A stretch of DNA of 24,000 nucleotides from Vibrio proteolyticus NBRC 13287 (GTDB taxonomy: Bacteria; Pseudomonadota; Gammaproteobacteria; Enterobacterales; Vibrionaceae): NCBI RefSeq assembly GCF_000467125.1, contig NZ_BATJ01000005.1:158798-182797 (forward strand), given 5' to 3'. Shown one piece after another: positions 7,743-19,001 of this stretch (position 1 is the first letter of the stretch; every line of letters begins with the position of its first letter). The notes under the pieces were generated by a model that worked only from the letters and a program-made list of their open reading frames with translations, was not told the DNA's origin and did not search any database. The position numbers and the translations under genes were made by a program.

Positions 7743-9563
7743 TCAGTTCACGACTTCGATATCCGTTTCCGGCACGCAGCAACACGCCAGTGCGATGCCC
7801 ATGTGACGGTCATTGTCCTGCAAGGCGGGCACATCTGGCTGGTCCACTTTGCCAGACTCCACCGTCACCCGGCACGCGCCGCAAAGCCCTGCTCGGCAAC
7901 TGTTGGAAATCGGTACACCGGCCGCTTCAGCCTGTTCCAGCAGTGTGGCTTGATTGTTGCCTTCGAAAAGCGTTCCATTGACACTGATTTGCAGCGTTTT
8001 GAGCGCTTTAGGTGCGCTGATAGCAACGCCAAAAGCTTCCTGATGATACATAGACTCTGGCAGGCCTTGTTTCAACAACAGATTCTTCGCCTTTTGCATA
8101 AATCCGTCTGGGCCACACACAAACACCTGGCGCTGCTCGACGTCTTTAATCTGCTTCAGATGTGACAGGGTCAAACGCCCTTTCAGGCCGAACCAATCCG
8201 GTGCAGGCTGCGTCAGCGACAGTACTACTTTGAGCCCAGGATGCTGACGTTCGAGTCCCTCAAGCTCTTGTTTACACGGAATGTCACTTTCCGTGCGGCA
8301 CTGGTGGTAGAACACAACATCGCGGACCTGATCATGATCGGCCAGATAACGCAACATTGACAGCATAGGCGTCACGCCGCTGCCAGCGGAAAGAAGTAAG
8401 ATTGGCTGATCGTGCTTCTCGCCGAGGTGGAAGCTGCCACTCGGTGACTCAGCTTCAAGCGTGTCGCCCACCTGCAAATTGTCCAGTAACCAGTTTGACA
8501 CTCTGCCCGCGTCAATACGCTTGACCGAAATAGCCAGACGTCCGGGACGTGATGGGCTGGACGACAGGGTATAGCGTCGCCCGATGCGCTCTCCACCGAT
8601 CGCAACCTCAATCGGCAAATGCTGCCCAGGCAGGTATGTCGGTAGTGACTCAGAATCAGGCTCTAGCCAGAATGTCACGAAATCACGGGCAATCTCTTCT
8701 CGCTGCACACACGTGAGCGTCATGCGGCTCGGGGAGTGGTCTTCATACTGCTCTTTTTCTTTGTACTCCAGCACTTCAACCGGATCACCGGCATGGATCA
8801 TCCCTTCATTCAGCGCTATCAGATTCTGGCCAAAAAACACATCACCGCTGCGGTTCGCGCGGAACTGAGATAAGGTTTTCAGTGGCTCTTTAGAGGGTTT
8901 AAACGCACCTTTGTCTATATCGACAGTCGTCAGGATGCACCGTGAACACGGCTTGACCGATTCAAATTCGACCTCACCGATACGAATACGTTTCCAACTG
9001 TCTTCAACAAAGGGTTCTCCCCCGCTGACGACCAGATTGGTACGAAACTGATCCATCAGATGAGATTCAGAGCTGCGACGATTCAGCTCGTCCAACGAGC
9101 CTTCGCTGATCACCAGAACCGGGAAACCATCGGCAAAACTGACGTTATTGCCGACTCGTTCCGGCACGCGATTGGACTGCTCTCCCGTATACAAAAGCTC
9201 GACCCGCTGACCAAGTGCGTCACTGAACCAGTCGTCTGCTTCGTCCGTCGTGGTGTAAGCTTCGAAGCTGTCGTTCCAGACTGTAGCGGGCGCAGCTTGG
9301 TGTTTAAAATCGGCATAACGTAACTTCAGAGCAGGCTGATCAGGCGCAGTAAAGATAATGCCGTCAGCAGTCAGACTGGACTGAACCTTGACCATATGAG
9401 GGTATTTTCTGGCTGTCACCATCACCCCGTCAGAGGTTGCCACCATAAAGCGTCGATCAAACGCAAGTCCTTGTTTTTCTACCCAGGCGGATGAGATGGC
9501 AATACCGGCGACGGATTTGACCGGATAGACGTTAATTTGTGTAAGACGAGATGAAGACGACAT
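7743..9563 (-). CDS. MOSC-domain / FNR-like flavoreductase / 2Fe-2S ferredoxin fusion oxidoreductase (YcbX-related)
   Basis: The 606-aa ORF has a MOSC N-terminal barrel (INVYPVKSVAGI) and a MOSC core with conserved Cys (KPCSRCILTTVD). It also has an FNR-type FAD motif (RRYTLSS), an NAD(P) motif (GSGVTPMLSML) and a plant-type ferredoxin cluster motif (CRAGLCGACRV … CC). Confidence 0.85.
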   Translation of the reverse strand: MSSSSRLTQINVYPVKSVAGIAISSAWVEKQGLAFDRRFMVATSDGVMVTARKYPHMVKVQSSLTADGIIFTAPDQPALKLRYADFKHQAAPATVWNDSFEAYTTTDEADDWFSDALGQRVELLYTGEQSNRVPERVGNNVSFADGFPVLVISEGSLDELNRRSSESHLMDQFRTNLVVSGGEPFVEDSWKRIRIGEVEFESVKPCSRCILTTVDIDKGAFKPSKEPLKTLSQFRANRSGDVFFGQNLIALNEGMIHAGDPVEVLEYKEKEQYEDHSPSRMTLTCVQREEIARDFVTFWLEPDSESLPTYLPGQHLPIEVAIGGERIGRRYTLSSSPSRPGRLAISVKRIDAGRVSNWLLDNLQVGDTLEAESPSGSFHLGEKHDQPILLLSAGSGVTPMLSMLRYLADHDQVRDVVFYHQCRTESDIPCKQELEGLERQHPGLKVVLSLTQPAPDWFGLKGRLTLSHLKQIKDVEQRQVFVCGPDGFMQKAKNLLLKQGLPESMYHQEAFGVAISAPKALKTLQISVNGTLFEGNNQATLLEQAEAAGVPISNSCRAGLCGACRVTVESGKVDQPDVPALQDNDRHMGIALACCCVPETDIEVVN

Positions 9564-9670
9564 GGCTAACCTTTGCTCTGATTATTTTTTTGATTCACCA
9601 TCTTAAACGCCTGTCGAATGAAAGTCATACCTTGCAATCGATTTCGTGCGACATATTCAACCAGAGTCAT

Positions 9671-9697
9671 TTGACAATCCACCTGCTCGGCTATAAT
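9671..9697 (+). promoter_or_regulatory. Candidate sigma-70 promoter (TTGACA-N15-TATAAT)
   Basis: Both hexamers are perfect consensus (ttgaca 9671-9676, tataat 9692-9697), but the 15-nt spacer is short. It points toward the Pmp3-like gene about 200 nt downstream. Confidence 0.4.
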
Positions 9698-9900
9698 TCT
9701 GTGTGATCGGAGTGTGGATCCCACACAATGGGTTTCGTCACTTGGCAGTCTACTGCGGTGTCAGTAATCGATAACTCAATAAAATATAAATAAGTTTTGA
9801 CAGATTCCTGACCTGATAAGATTGCGTGACCGGGATCAAATTTCCGATAATATTGTCAAATTTATGGCGTCTAGTTGTCACTCAATACCGAGGTAAAATA

Positions 9901-10068
9901 ATGAACGATACAAACAAACTGCTGATGATCATCCTGTGTGTCCTGCTCCCACCACTGGCAGTATTCGTCGATAAAGGGCTGGGGAAAGATTTCATCATCA
10001 ACCTGATTCTCACTTTCTTCTTCTTCGTTCCGGGTATGATTCATGCCCTGTGGCTGATCATGAAATAA
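9901..10068 (+). CDS. Pmp3/YqaE-family small hydrophobic proteolipid (UPF0057)
   Basis: This is the 55-aa reading from ATG 9901 (GAGG SD). It has two TM helices and the family signature LPPLAVF…KG…FIINLILT…PGMIHALW. Confidence 0.8.
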   Translation: MNDTNKLLMIILCVLLPPLAVFVDKGLGKDFIINLILTFFFFVPGMIHALWLIMK

Positions 10069-10150
10069 GCCGGTTTTTACCACTCCTGCTGATGAATCTG
10101 AAAAATAGGATGAAATAGACGCGCAATTCCTCTATCATCCTGTCGCCTAA

Positions 10151-10166
10151 GCGTAAGCGTTTGCTT
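10151..10166. promoter_or_regulatory. Possible PurR operator upstream of pyrC
   Basis: gcgtaagcgtttgctt matches the recalled PUR box ACGCAAACGTTTGCGT at 12/16 positions, and the right half-site CGTTTGC is perfect. It lies 61-76 nt upstream of the pyrC ATG. E. coli pyrC is PurR-regulated. Confidence 0.3.
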
Positions 10167-10226
10167 TCACAGTTTTCACTTACGTTTAGGCTCCAATCAG
10201 TAACTTTTCAATGGTGGGAGCCCTGA

Positions 10227-11255
10227 ATGACTACACTTACGATTACTCGTCCTGACGACTGGCATGTTCATCTTCGCGATGGTGATGTTCTGACCGATAC
10301 CGTTCGCGATATAAGCCGCTATAATGGCCGCGCACTGATTATGCCAAACACCGTCCCACCAGTTACCAATACCGAATTGGCCATCGCCTACCGCGACCGT
10401 ATTATGGCTGAGCAGCCAAGTCCCCAATTCCAGCCTCTGATGTCCCTTTACCTCACCGATAACACTTCTCCTGAAGAAATCCGCAAAGCCAAAGCCTCAG
10501 GCATTGTCGTGGCCGCCAAGTTATACCCTGCGGGCGCAACCACCAACTCAGATTCAGGAGTGACATCAGCGAAGAGCATCTACCCAGTACTGGAAGCGAT
10601 GCAAGAAGTGGGCATGCTACTGCTGGTGCATGGGGAAGTGACTACCCACGATGTGGACATTTTTGACCGCGAAAAAGCGTTTTTAGACAACGTGCTGGCT
10701 CCGATTGTGAACGATTTCCCGGGCTTAAAAATCGTACTTGAGCACATCACGACAGCTGATGCTGCCAACTTCGTCAAACAGGCGAACGACAATGTTGCCG
10801 CCACAATTACCGCCCACCACTTATTGTACAATCGCAACCATATGCTGGTTGGCGGCATTAAACCTCACTTCTACTGCCTGCCCATTCTGAAGCGCAATAC
10901 CCATCAGAAAGCCCTGATAGAAGCGGCCACCAGTGGCAGTAAAAAATTCTTCCTCGGAACAGACTCTGCGCCGCACGCCAAAGGCCACAAAGAGTCTGCC
11001 TGTGGTTGTGCAGGCTCTTACACCGCGCACGCTGCGCTAGAGTTGTATGCTGAAGTCTTTGAACAGGAAGGCAAACTGGCAAATTTAGAAGCGTTCGCCA
11101 GCCACAACGGTCCTGACTTCTATGGTTTACCGCGTAATGCGGACACCGTCACCCTGACCAAAGCGCCCTGGACCGTTCCAGAGAGCATGCCCTTTGGCAG
11201 CGACATCGTCGTGCCGATTCGCGCCGGTGAACAGATTGATTGGGTCGTGAAATAA
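10227..11255 (+). CDS. pyrC: Dihydroorotase (class II, homodimeric type)
   Basis: The 342-aa ORF has the N-terminal metal-binding motif [12 protein letters not shown]. The later LEHITT, TAHHL and GTDSAPH motifs are characteristic of PyrC. Confidence 0.95.
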   Translation: MTTLTITRPDDWHVHLRDGDVLTDTVRDISRYNGRALIMPNTVPPVTNTELAIAYRDRIMAEQPSPQFQPLMSLYLTDNTSPEEIRKAKASGIVVAAKLYPAGATTNSDSGVTSAKSIYPVLEAMQEVGMLLLVHGEVTTHDVDIFDREKAFLDNVLAPIVNDFPGLKIVLEHITTADAANFVKQANDNVAATITAHHLLYNRNHMLVGGIKPHFYCLPILKRNTHQKALIEAATSGSKKFFLGTDSAPHAKGHKESACGCAGSYTAHAALELYAEVFEQEGKLANLEAFASHNGPDFYGLPRNADTVTLTKAPWTVPESMPFGSDIVVPIRAGEQIDWVVK

Positions 11256-11272
11256 TCCCATCTTCTAAGCAT

Positions 11273-11302
11273 AAAAAAGACAGCCAATTGGCTGTCTTTT
11301 TT
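11273..11302. terminator. Bidirectional rho-independent terminator
   Basis: The sequence aaaaaa-AGACAGCC-aatt-GGCTGTCT-ttttt lies between convergent pyrC and the small ORF. Confidence 0.85.
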
Positions 11303-11326
11303 ATTGATAGAGGCATCATCGCGGAT

Positions 11327-11527
11327 TTAATGAATAGGCGCATCGGTCTTAGCGTAAAACTTGCCGAAATACTGCTCAAGAATTTCAGGCGTCAGTTTGC
11401 CTTCCGCTTCGAGTTTTTTCAGTTCAGCCGCAATGGCTTTCTGTTCTTCCAGAGAAGGCAGTTGAACTTCTGGCGTGTCAGATTCCGCTTGCACCATCTC
11501 TTCAAGTTCTTTTTCAAAATCGCTCAT
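11327..11527 (-). CDS. Small acidic hypothetical protein (66 aa)
   Basis: The ATG has an AGGTAAG SD-like element and the gene ends before a strong terminator. The sequence is helical and acidic (MSDFEKELEEMVQAESDTPEV…). I recognise no family. Confidence 0.55.
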   Translation of the reverse strand: MSDFEKELEEMVQAESDTPEVQLPSLEEQKAIAAELKKLEAEGKLTPEILEQYFGKFYAKTDAPIH

Positions 11528-11540
11528 GATACTTACCTAG

Positions 11541-11580
11541 TAAAACAAATCTGGGGTGAAGTTTACCTGCTTCACCCCAG
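11541..11580 (-). terminator. Rho-independent terminator after the chemoreceptor gene
   Basis: On the minus strand an 11-bp stem ctggggtgaag/cttcaccccag with an 8-nt loop is followed by atttgtttta. Confidence 0.75.
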
Positions 11581-11606
11581 TTATGCCAATTTACTGAACG
11601 GGTCGA

Positions 11607-13523
11607 TCAGAGTTTGAAACTGCCCACCATACGATCCAGACGTCCGGACAACTCACGCAGCTCAAGGCTCGCTTGTGCCAGCTCTTCCGCGGTACTGGTG
11701 GTGGCTTCATTGATGCCATTGATCTCTTCAATGTTCATGTTGATGGTGTGCACTACTGTCGACTGTTCCTCGGTCGCGGTTGCTACCTGAGTATTGCGGT
11801 CCGAAATATCATGGATACGCTCAGAAATGTTCAGCAGCACTTGAACCGCTTCATCCGACGCCGATACCCCTTCAAAGGTGACGGCCTTACCCGCTTCCAT
11901 CGCAGACACCGCATTGTGTGCATCGTTTTGCAACTGATTGATCATTCTCTGGATCTCTTCAGTTGAATCCGCGGTACGGCTAGCCAGATTACGCACTTCA
12001 TCCGCAACAACCGCGAAACCACGTCCCTGCTCACCCGCACGAGCAGCCTCAATCGCCGCGTTCAACGCCAACAGGTTGGTCTGCTCGGAGATATCGCGAA
12101 TGACATCCAGTATCGAGCCGATGTCCTGTGTGGTTGACGCCAGTTGCTCAACAACCTGCCCTGTATTTTCAATGTCCGCCGCCAGGCGACTGATGGCGTC
12201 TTTGGCTTGTGTCACAACACTCTGCCCTTGCTGGGTGTTGTCTGTCGCTTCATTAGCGGTTTCCGCTGCCGTTGCCGCATTGGTTGCTATCTCACTGATG
12301 GTCGCGCCCATTTCATTGATCGCCGCCACCACTTGCAGTGTCTGATCGCGCTGCACCTGACTGTTGTCATGTGTCGTGCTGGCTTTATCCGAAACGCTTT
12401 CAGCCGCTTCCTGAAGTGAGTGGCTGGTTGATGCCACCTCTTTCATCGACTCATGAATTTTCTCAATAAAGCCGTTGAAACCGGACGACAGTTGCGCGAT
12501 CTCGTCACTTCCTTTCACTTCGATGCGCTGAGACAAATCTCCGTCGCCTTTACCCAAATCGGTAAAGCGCTGCGCGATCGCACGGATAGGATTTGCGATA
12601 CTGTTGGCCAGTAGCAAGCCCATGGCAATAAAGAGCGCAGCTACCACTAAGGTCGTGATCAGCATTTGCTGAGCAACGGCGTTGAGATCTGCGAAGACTT
12701 CATCAACCGGCACCATACCGATAACAAACCAGTCCATCGACGGAATGTACTGGCTGGCAACAAATACGTCTTTGCCTTCGTATTCGGTCTCAATCAGGTT
12801 AAAGCCTGACTTGTTCAGCAAGGTGCTCGCCTCTCGGCCATACAGGCTATCGATAGAGGCTTTCGCTTTGCTGGCTTCACGGTGAATCTGAACTTCTCCG
12901 CCTGCATTGACCAAAAAGACGAATCCGCTGTCTTCGATACGGAAGCCGTTGAGCAGCTTCACCATATCGTCCATCGATTTAGACAGGCCTGACATGCTAA
13001 ACCCAGACGCGTTCTGGTAGTTAGCGAACATTTTTACGTCACCATTTGCTTCCTGGAACATGCTGACCATCGTCTGCTGACCCGATTGCACAAAACCGTA
13101 GAACCACGCATCTTGTTGACGGTTCAGTTTGCGCAGGAAACCGCCCTGGTTCCAGTAGAATGCGGTGTTGCGGTTAGCAACCGATGCGTCATTCAAACCG
13201 TACTGATTGCGGATGTTATTCAGTTGCTTGACCAGCAACGTCTCTTCTGCCGGATCGATGTTTTCATCACGGATCACGCGCTTAACGAACTCGTTATTGG
13301 CCATCTGCTCCGCAGCAAAAATCAGCTGGCGAACCTGACTGTCCACTTCTTGCCGGATCTGATCGAGCATCGACGGCAATTCGATATCAATGAGACGGTG
13401 TTCGAGCACATCACGTGCCTGTTTTTGGGCCATATAACCCACGATGACGGTCGACGCTAAAACTGCGAGCGTAATACCAACAACAACCTTTTGTTTAATA
13501 CTCATAGAGTTAAATTTGATCAT
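11607..13523 (-). CDS. Methyl-accepting chemotaxis protein (Cache-type periplasmic sensor, HAMP, MA domain)
   Basis: The 638-aa ORF has an AGAAGG SD. TM1 lies near residues 12-32, followed by a ~255-aa periplasmic domain, TM2 and a HAMP domain. It carries the invariant signalling hairpin [34 protein letters not shown]. Confidence 0.9.
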   Translation of the reverse strand: MIKFNSMSIKQKVVVGITLAVLASTVIVGYMAQKQARDVLEHRLIDIELPSMLDQIRQEVDSQVRQLIFAAEQMANNEFVKRVIRDENIDPAEETLLVKQLNNIRNQYGLNDASVANRNTAFYWNQGGFLRKLNRQQDAWFYGFVQSGQQTMVSMFQEANGDVKMFANYQNASGFSMSGLSKSMDDMVKLLNGFRIEDSGFVFLVNAGGEVQIHREASKAKASIDSLYGREASTLLNKSGFNLIETEYEGKDVFVASQYIPSMDWFVIGMVPVDEVFADLNAVAQQMLITTLVVAALFIAMGLLLANSIANPIRAIAQRFTDLGKGDGDLSQRIEVKGSDEIAQLSSGFNGFIEKIHESMKEVASTSHSLQEAAESVSDKASTTHDNSQVQRDQTLQVVAAINEMGATISEIATNAATAAETANEATDNTQQGQSVVTQAKDAISRLAADIENTGQVVEQLASTTQDIGSILDVIRDISEQTNLLALNAAIEAARAGEQGRGFAVVADEVRNLASRTADSTEEIQRMINQLQNDAHNAVSAMEAGKAVTFEGVSASDEAVQVLLNISERIHDISDRNTQVATATEEQSTVVHTINMNIEEINGINEATTSTAEELAQASLELRELSGRLDRMVGSFKL

Positions 13524-13563
13524 ACTGTGCCTTCTGTGTGCAACAAGCGATAAAACTACTCTG

Positions 13564-13590
13564 TTATCGGCTTTGCGACGTAATGCTTGA
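13564..13590 (-). promoter_or_regulatory. Candidate sigma-28 (FliA) promoter for the chemoreceptor gene
   Basis: The minus strand reads TCAAGCAT-N11-GCCGATAA. The -10 is a perfect match to the recalled FliA consensus TAAAGTTT-N11-GCCGATAA, and the -35 matches 5/8. It lies about 40 nt upstream of the MCP ATG. Confidence 0.45.
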
Positions 13591-13837
13591 GTTTTTTCTG
13601 CTGGTTTTTTCTAAGCCAGACAAGTGGTGTGATTTCTCGCCACATTTTTAAGAAATCTTATTTTTCCGAACTGAAACACTTGCAACAATCTGTGCGGTCC
13701 CCATTATGTAGAGAACTGATTTTTCGAATAATTTGGACTGTACACTTTACGTCCAACCGGCATAAGTACGACCTGTTTACAGGGAACTTTTTGATAACTT
13801 AACTCACTAATTGGAAAAAATTAGGAGATCGACATTG

Positions 13838-14794
13838 ATGAAGTCACAAGCCCTTCAACAACTTCAAGACTACTTAAACGGGCAGGTAATCGGTCAGTCC
13901 GAGCTGGTCAAACAGCTGCTGGTTGCACTACTGGCAGATGGCCATATCCTGGTCGAAGGTCCTCCCGGCCTGGCCAAAACACGCGCCGTTAAATCATTGG
14001 CAGACTGCATCGAAGGGGACTTTCATCGCATCCAGTTCACACCGGACCTCCTGCCAGCAGACCTGACCGGAACAGACATCTTCCGACCAGAAACAGGCGA
14101 ATTCACCTTTCAGGCGGGGCCGATTTTTAACTCGCTGATTCTGGCCGACGAAATCAACCGGGCACCCGCCAAAGTACAGGCCGCGATGCTTGAAGCCATG
14201 GCCGAAAAACAGATCACAGCCGGGCGTAACACGTACCCACTGCCAGCGTTATTCCTGGTCATGGCAACCCAAAACCCAATTGAACAGGAAGGCACTTATC
14301 CGTTACCGGAAGCACAGTTGGATCGCTTTCTCCTTCATCTTGATGTCGACTATCCTGACGCACAAAGTGAGCTGGAGATCTTGCGCTTAAACCGTGGTGA
14401 AGCCATGGGAACCAGTAAGGCGCAGCCACCAGTGCTATCCCAGCAGGATATCTTTGCCGCTCGCCAGGAAGTGCTCAACATACATATGGCGGAAGGCATT
14501 GAGCAGTACATCATTCGTTTGGTGATGGCAACCCGTCAGCCAACGCAATACGATGATAAGCTGGCACAATGGATTGAGTTGGGCGTCAGTCCCCGAGCCA
14601 CCATCGCTCTGGACCGATGCGCTCGGGCGCATGCATGGTTATCCGGTCGAGATTTCGTCTCTCCGCAAGATGTTCAGGCAATGGCTTACCCGGTACTGCG
14701 TCACCGTTTATTGCTCACTTACCAAGCACAGGCCGAAGGCGTGCAGCCGAATCAGGTCATCGACCACCTGCTCTCATTGGTCGGCAGCGCATAA
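13838..14794 (+). CDS. MoxR-family AAA+ ATPase
   Basis: This is the 318-aa reading from ATG 13838 (AGGAG SD 10 nt upstream; the listed ORF starts at an upstream TTG). It has Walker A GPPGLAKT, Walker B LILADEINRA and the MoxR signature ATQNPIEQEGTYPLPEAQLDRF. Confidence 0.9.
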   Translation: MKSQALQQLQDYLNGQVIGQSELVKQLLVALLADGHILVEGPPGLAKTRAVKSLADCIEGDFHRIQFTPDLLPADLTGTDIFRPETGEFTFQAGPIFNSLILADEINRAPAKVQAAMLEAMAEKQITAGRNTYPLPALFLVMATQNPIEQEGTYPLPEAQLDRFLLHLDVDYPDAQSELEILRLNRGEAMGTSKAQPPVLSQQDIFAARQEVLNIHMAEGIEQYIIRLVMATRQPTQYDDKLAQWIELGVSPRATIALDRCARAHAWLSGRDFVSPQDVQAMAYPVLRHRLLLTYQAQAEGVQPNQVIDHLLSLVGSA

Positions 14795-14808
14795 CGGTTG
14801 GATAAAGC

Positions 14809-15738
14809 ATGAAGCAGCCTCAAACGCCCACCTGTCCACCAAATGCCGACGGCGTGACATTGTCACTGGATGAATTGCTTTATTACAAGCAGCAGACGGT
14901 GCACTGGCTACCGCCCGCCAAAAGCTTGTGGTCGCAGATGCTCGGTCAGCATCAGAGTCGTCAGCTTGGACGAGGTATGGACTTTGCTGAAGTACGCCAG
15001 TATCAGCCCGGGGATGATATCCGCAGTATCGACTGGCGAGTCACGGCCAGAACCGGCAAAACCCACACCAAGCTGTTCAGTGAAGAACGCGAAAAGCCGG
15101 TGGTGCTCTATATCGATTTGAGCAGCAGTATGATTTTCGGCTCGACGCTGATGCTGAAATCCGTCCTGGCTGCGCACATGGCGAGCCTAATCAGCTGGCT
15201 GTACGTGGCACAAAAAGATAGGATCGGCGCCGTGATAGACACCGGAACCCAGCTCGTCGAGCTGAAGCCGACCAGCCGTAACAAAGGGCCACTCGTGCTG
15301 ATTCAGCAATTGATCACCTTGCACAACCAATTGCTCCAACATCCGGCCAGTGAACATGTGGATTCGATGACAAACGCCTTTCAGGCGCTGAATCGTCTGT
15401 GCCCTAAAGGCAGTGAGGTCATCATGATCAGCGACTTTGTCCGTATGAGTCAGCAGCATCACACCCTGTTAACTCAACTACGCCAACACAACCGGGTACG
15501 GTTCGTACACATTTCTGATCCACTGGAACAAGGTAAGACCCGCTACCGTGGTGTTGAACACGTTTCAGACAAAAAAAATACGCAGTGGTTAGACTTCGCC
15601 TCGCGCAAAACGCGCCAGCGCATTGAACGAGCGTTCGATTCGAAACAACAACAATTGAAGTCTAGCGCCCAATCTCTGGGCATTACCTTTACTTCGCTCT
15701 CAAGCGACCAATCCTTACTACAACAATTATCTGGATAA
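14809..15738 (+). CDS. DUF58 domain protein (VWA-like fold), MoxR partner
   Basis: The 309-aa ORF has the signature GRGMDFAEVRQYQPGDDIRSIDWRVTAR and a DxSxS-like motif YIDLSSSM. It starts 14 nt after the MoxR stop. Confidence 0.85.
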   Translation: MKQPQTPTCPPNADGVTLSLDELLYYKQQTVHWLPPAKSLWSQMLGQHQSRQLGRGMDFAEVRQYQPGDDIRSIDWRVTARTGKTHTKLFSEEREKPVVLYIDLSSSMIFGSTLMLKSVLAAHMASLISWLYVAQKDRIGAVIDTGTQLVELKPTSRNKGPLVLIQQLITLHNQLLQHPASEHVDSMTNAFQALNRLCPKGSEVIMISDFVRMSQQHHTLLTQLRQHNRVRFVHISDPLEQGKTRYRGVEHVSDKKNTQWLDFASRKTRQRIERAFDSKQQQLKSSAQSLGITFTSLSSDQSLLQQLSG

Positions 15739-15744
15739 TTTTGA

Positions 15745-16209
15745 ATGACCGAACAAGCTAATTCTTCGCTTCTTCCCTTAAACCCGATGCACCTGCCAGA
15801 CGCGCCTTCGTGGTTTCCTCTGGCATGGGGCTGGTGGGCGATAGCTGGCACGCTCGTCCTGGCAGTATTACTGTTCTGGATGCTGATGCGCCGTAAGAAA
15901 AAACATCTGGCACCGAAGAAAACCGCATTACGCTTGCTTGCGGCGAACCAACACCCATCCAGTGCAATTGAACTGGTTCGTCAGGCCGCCCTCTGCTACT
16001 TCCCACGTGAAGAAATCGCCAAATTAACCGGCAAAGAGTGGTATGCCTTTCTCGACTCTTATCTCAATACTCCGCTGTTTGAACCAAATCAGGAACAGTG
16101 GCAGCGAGCACTTTACACCAAAGAACCTGTCGCCAGCGCCGATATGCTGGTCCAACATTGTGCCCAATGGGTAAACGAAGCCCTGCCACCGAAAAAAAGG
16201 AGAGCTTAG
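15745..16209 (+). CDS. DUF4381-like single-pass membrane protein
   Basis: The 154-aa ORF has an N-terminal TM segment (WFPLAWGWWAIAGTLVLAVLLFWMLM) followed by RRKKK. This position between DUF58 and the VWA genes is typical of Bat-type operons. Confidence 0.65.
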   Translation: MTEQANSSLLPLNPMHLPDAPSWFPLAWGWWAIAGTLVLAVLLFWMLMRRKKKHLAPKKTALRLLAANQHPSSAIELVRQAALCYFPREEIAKLTGKEWYAFLDSYLNTPLFEPNQEQWQRALYTKEPVASADMLVQHCAQWVNEALPPKKRRA

Positions 16210-16210
16210 A

Positions 16211-17171
16211 TTGGCGAATATTGAACTGGCTTGGTGGTGGATGCTGGCGCTTCTTCCCCTGCCTCTGCTCATTTATTGGCTAACTCCATCAGCCCGTAAA
16301 ACGGCCCCCATTTACCTAGCGTATTTACCTAGGGCTGATGCCAAGTCGTCGCCGAAAAACGTCTCTGCCCGAGTGCTGGCTGCGCTCGTGTGGATAGCGC
16401 TGATCATCGCCGCCGCGCGTCCGGTGTGGTATGGCGACCCAGTCACAACTCAACCTAAGCATCGTGACCTGATGTTGGTGGTCGACCTGTCTTATTCGAT
16501 GAGCCAGAAGGACATGAAACAGGGTGATAACTATATTGATCGTCTCAGCGCGGTCAAACATGTTCTGACTGATTTTATCGCTAAACGTCAGGGGGATCGC
16601 CTTGGCCTGGTGCTGTTTGCCGACCATGCCTATCTGCAAACGCCACTGACGCTAGACAGAAATACCATTTCTGAGCAGCTCAATTCCGCCGTGCTGCGCC
16701 TGATCGGCACCAAGACCGCCATCGGCGAAGGCATTGGCCTGGCAACCAAAACGTTTATCGACAGTGATGCGCCTCAGCGCGTCATGATTTTACTCAGTGA
16801 CGGCAGCAACACGGCCGGTGTTCTCGATCCCATCGAAGCGGCCAAAATTGCCAAGAAATATCAGGCCACCATTTATACCATCGGTGTAGGCGCCGGCGAG
16901 ATGACGGTACAAGACTTTTTCATGACCCGGAAAGTGAATACCGCGTCGGATCTGGACGAGAAAACACTGATGGAGATCGCCAAAATGACCGGCGGGCAAT
17001 ATTTCCGAGCTCGCGACAGTCAGCAGTTGGCGACCATTTACGACACCATCAATAGCCTGGAGCCTGTCTCTGAAGGCAGCCAGACATGGCGTCCTGAGCA
17101 GGAGTGGTTCGGTATCCCGCTCGGTATCGCTCTAGTGTTGTCTGTTGTCCTGTTCATCATCCGGAGGAACC

Positions 17172-17179
<8 letters not shown>
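16211..17179 (+). CDS. VWA-domain membrane protein (BatA-like)
   Basis: The 322-aa ORF has a TTG start with a GGAGAG SD, 1 nt after the previous stop. It has N- and C-terminal TM helices and a MIDAS motif DLSYSMS. Confidence 0.85.

Positions 17180-19000
<1,821 letters not shown>

Positions 19001-19001
<1 letters not shown>

Noticed and set aside
11938-12345. 135-aa plus-strand ORF (and neighbours) inside the MCP gene
   Set aside because: It is an antisense shadow of the highly conserved MA signalling domain. Its Ala/Ser-rich composition is typical of such artefacts.
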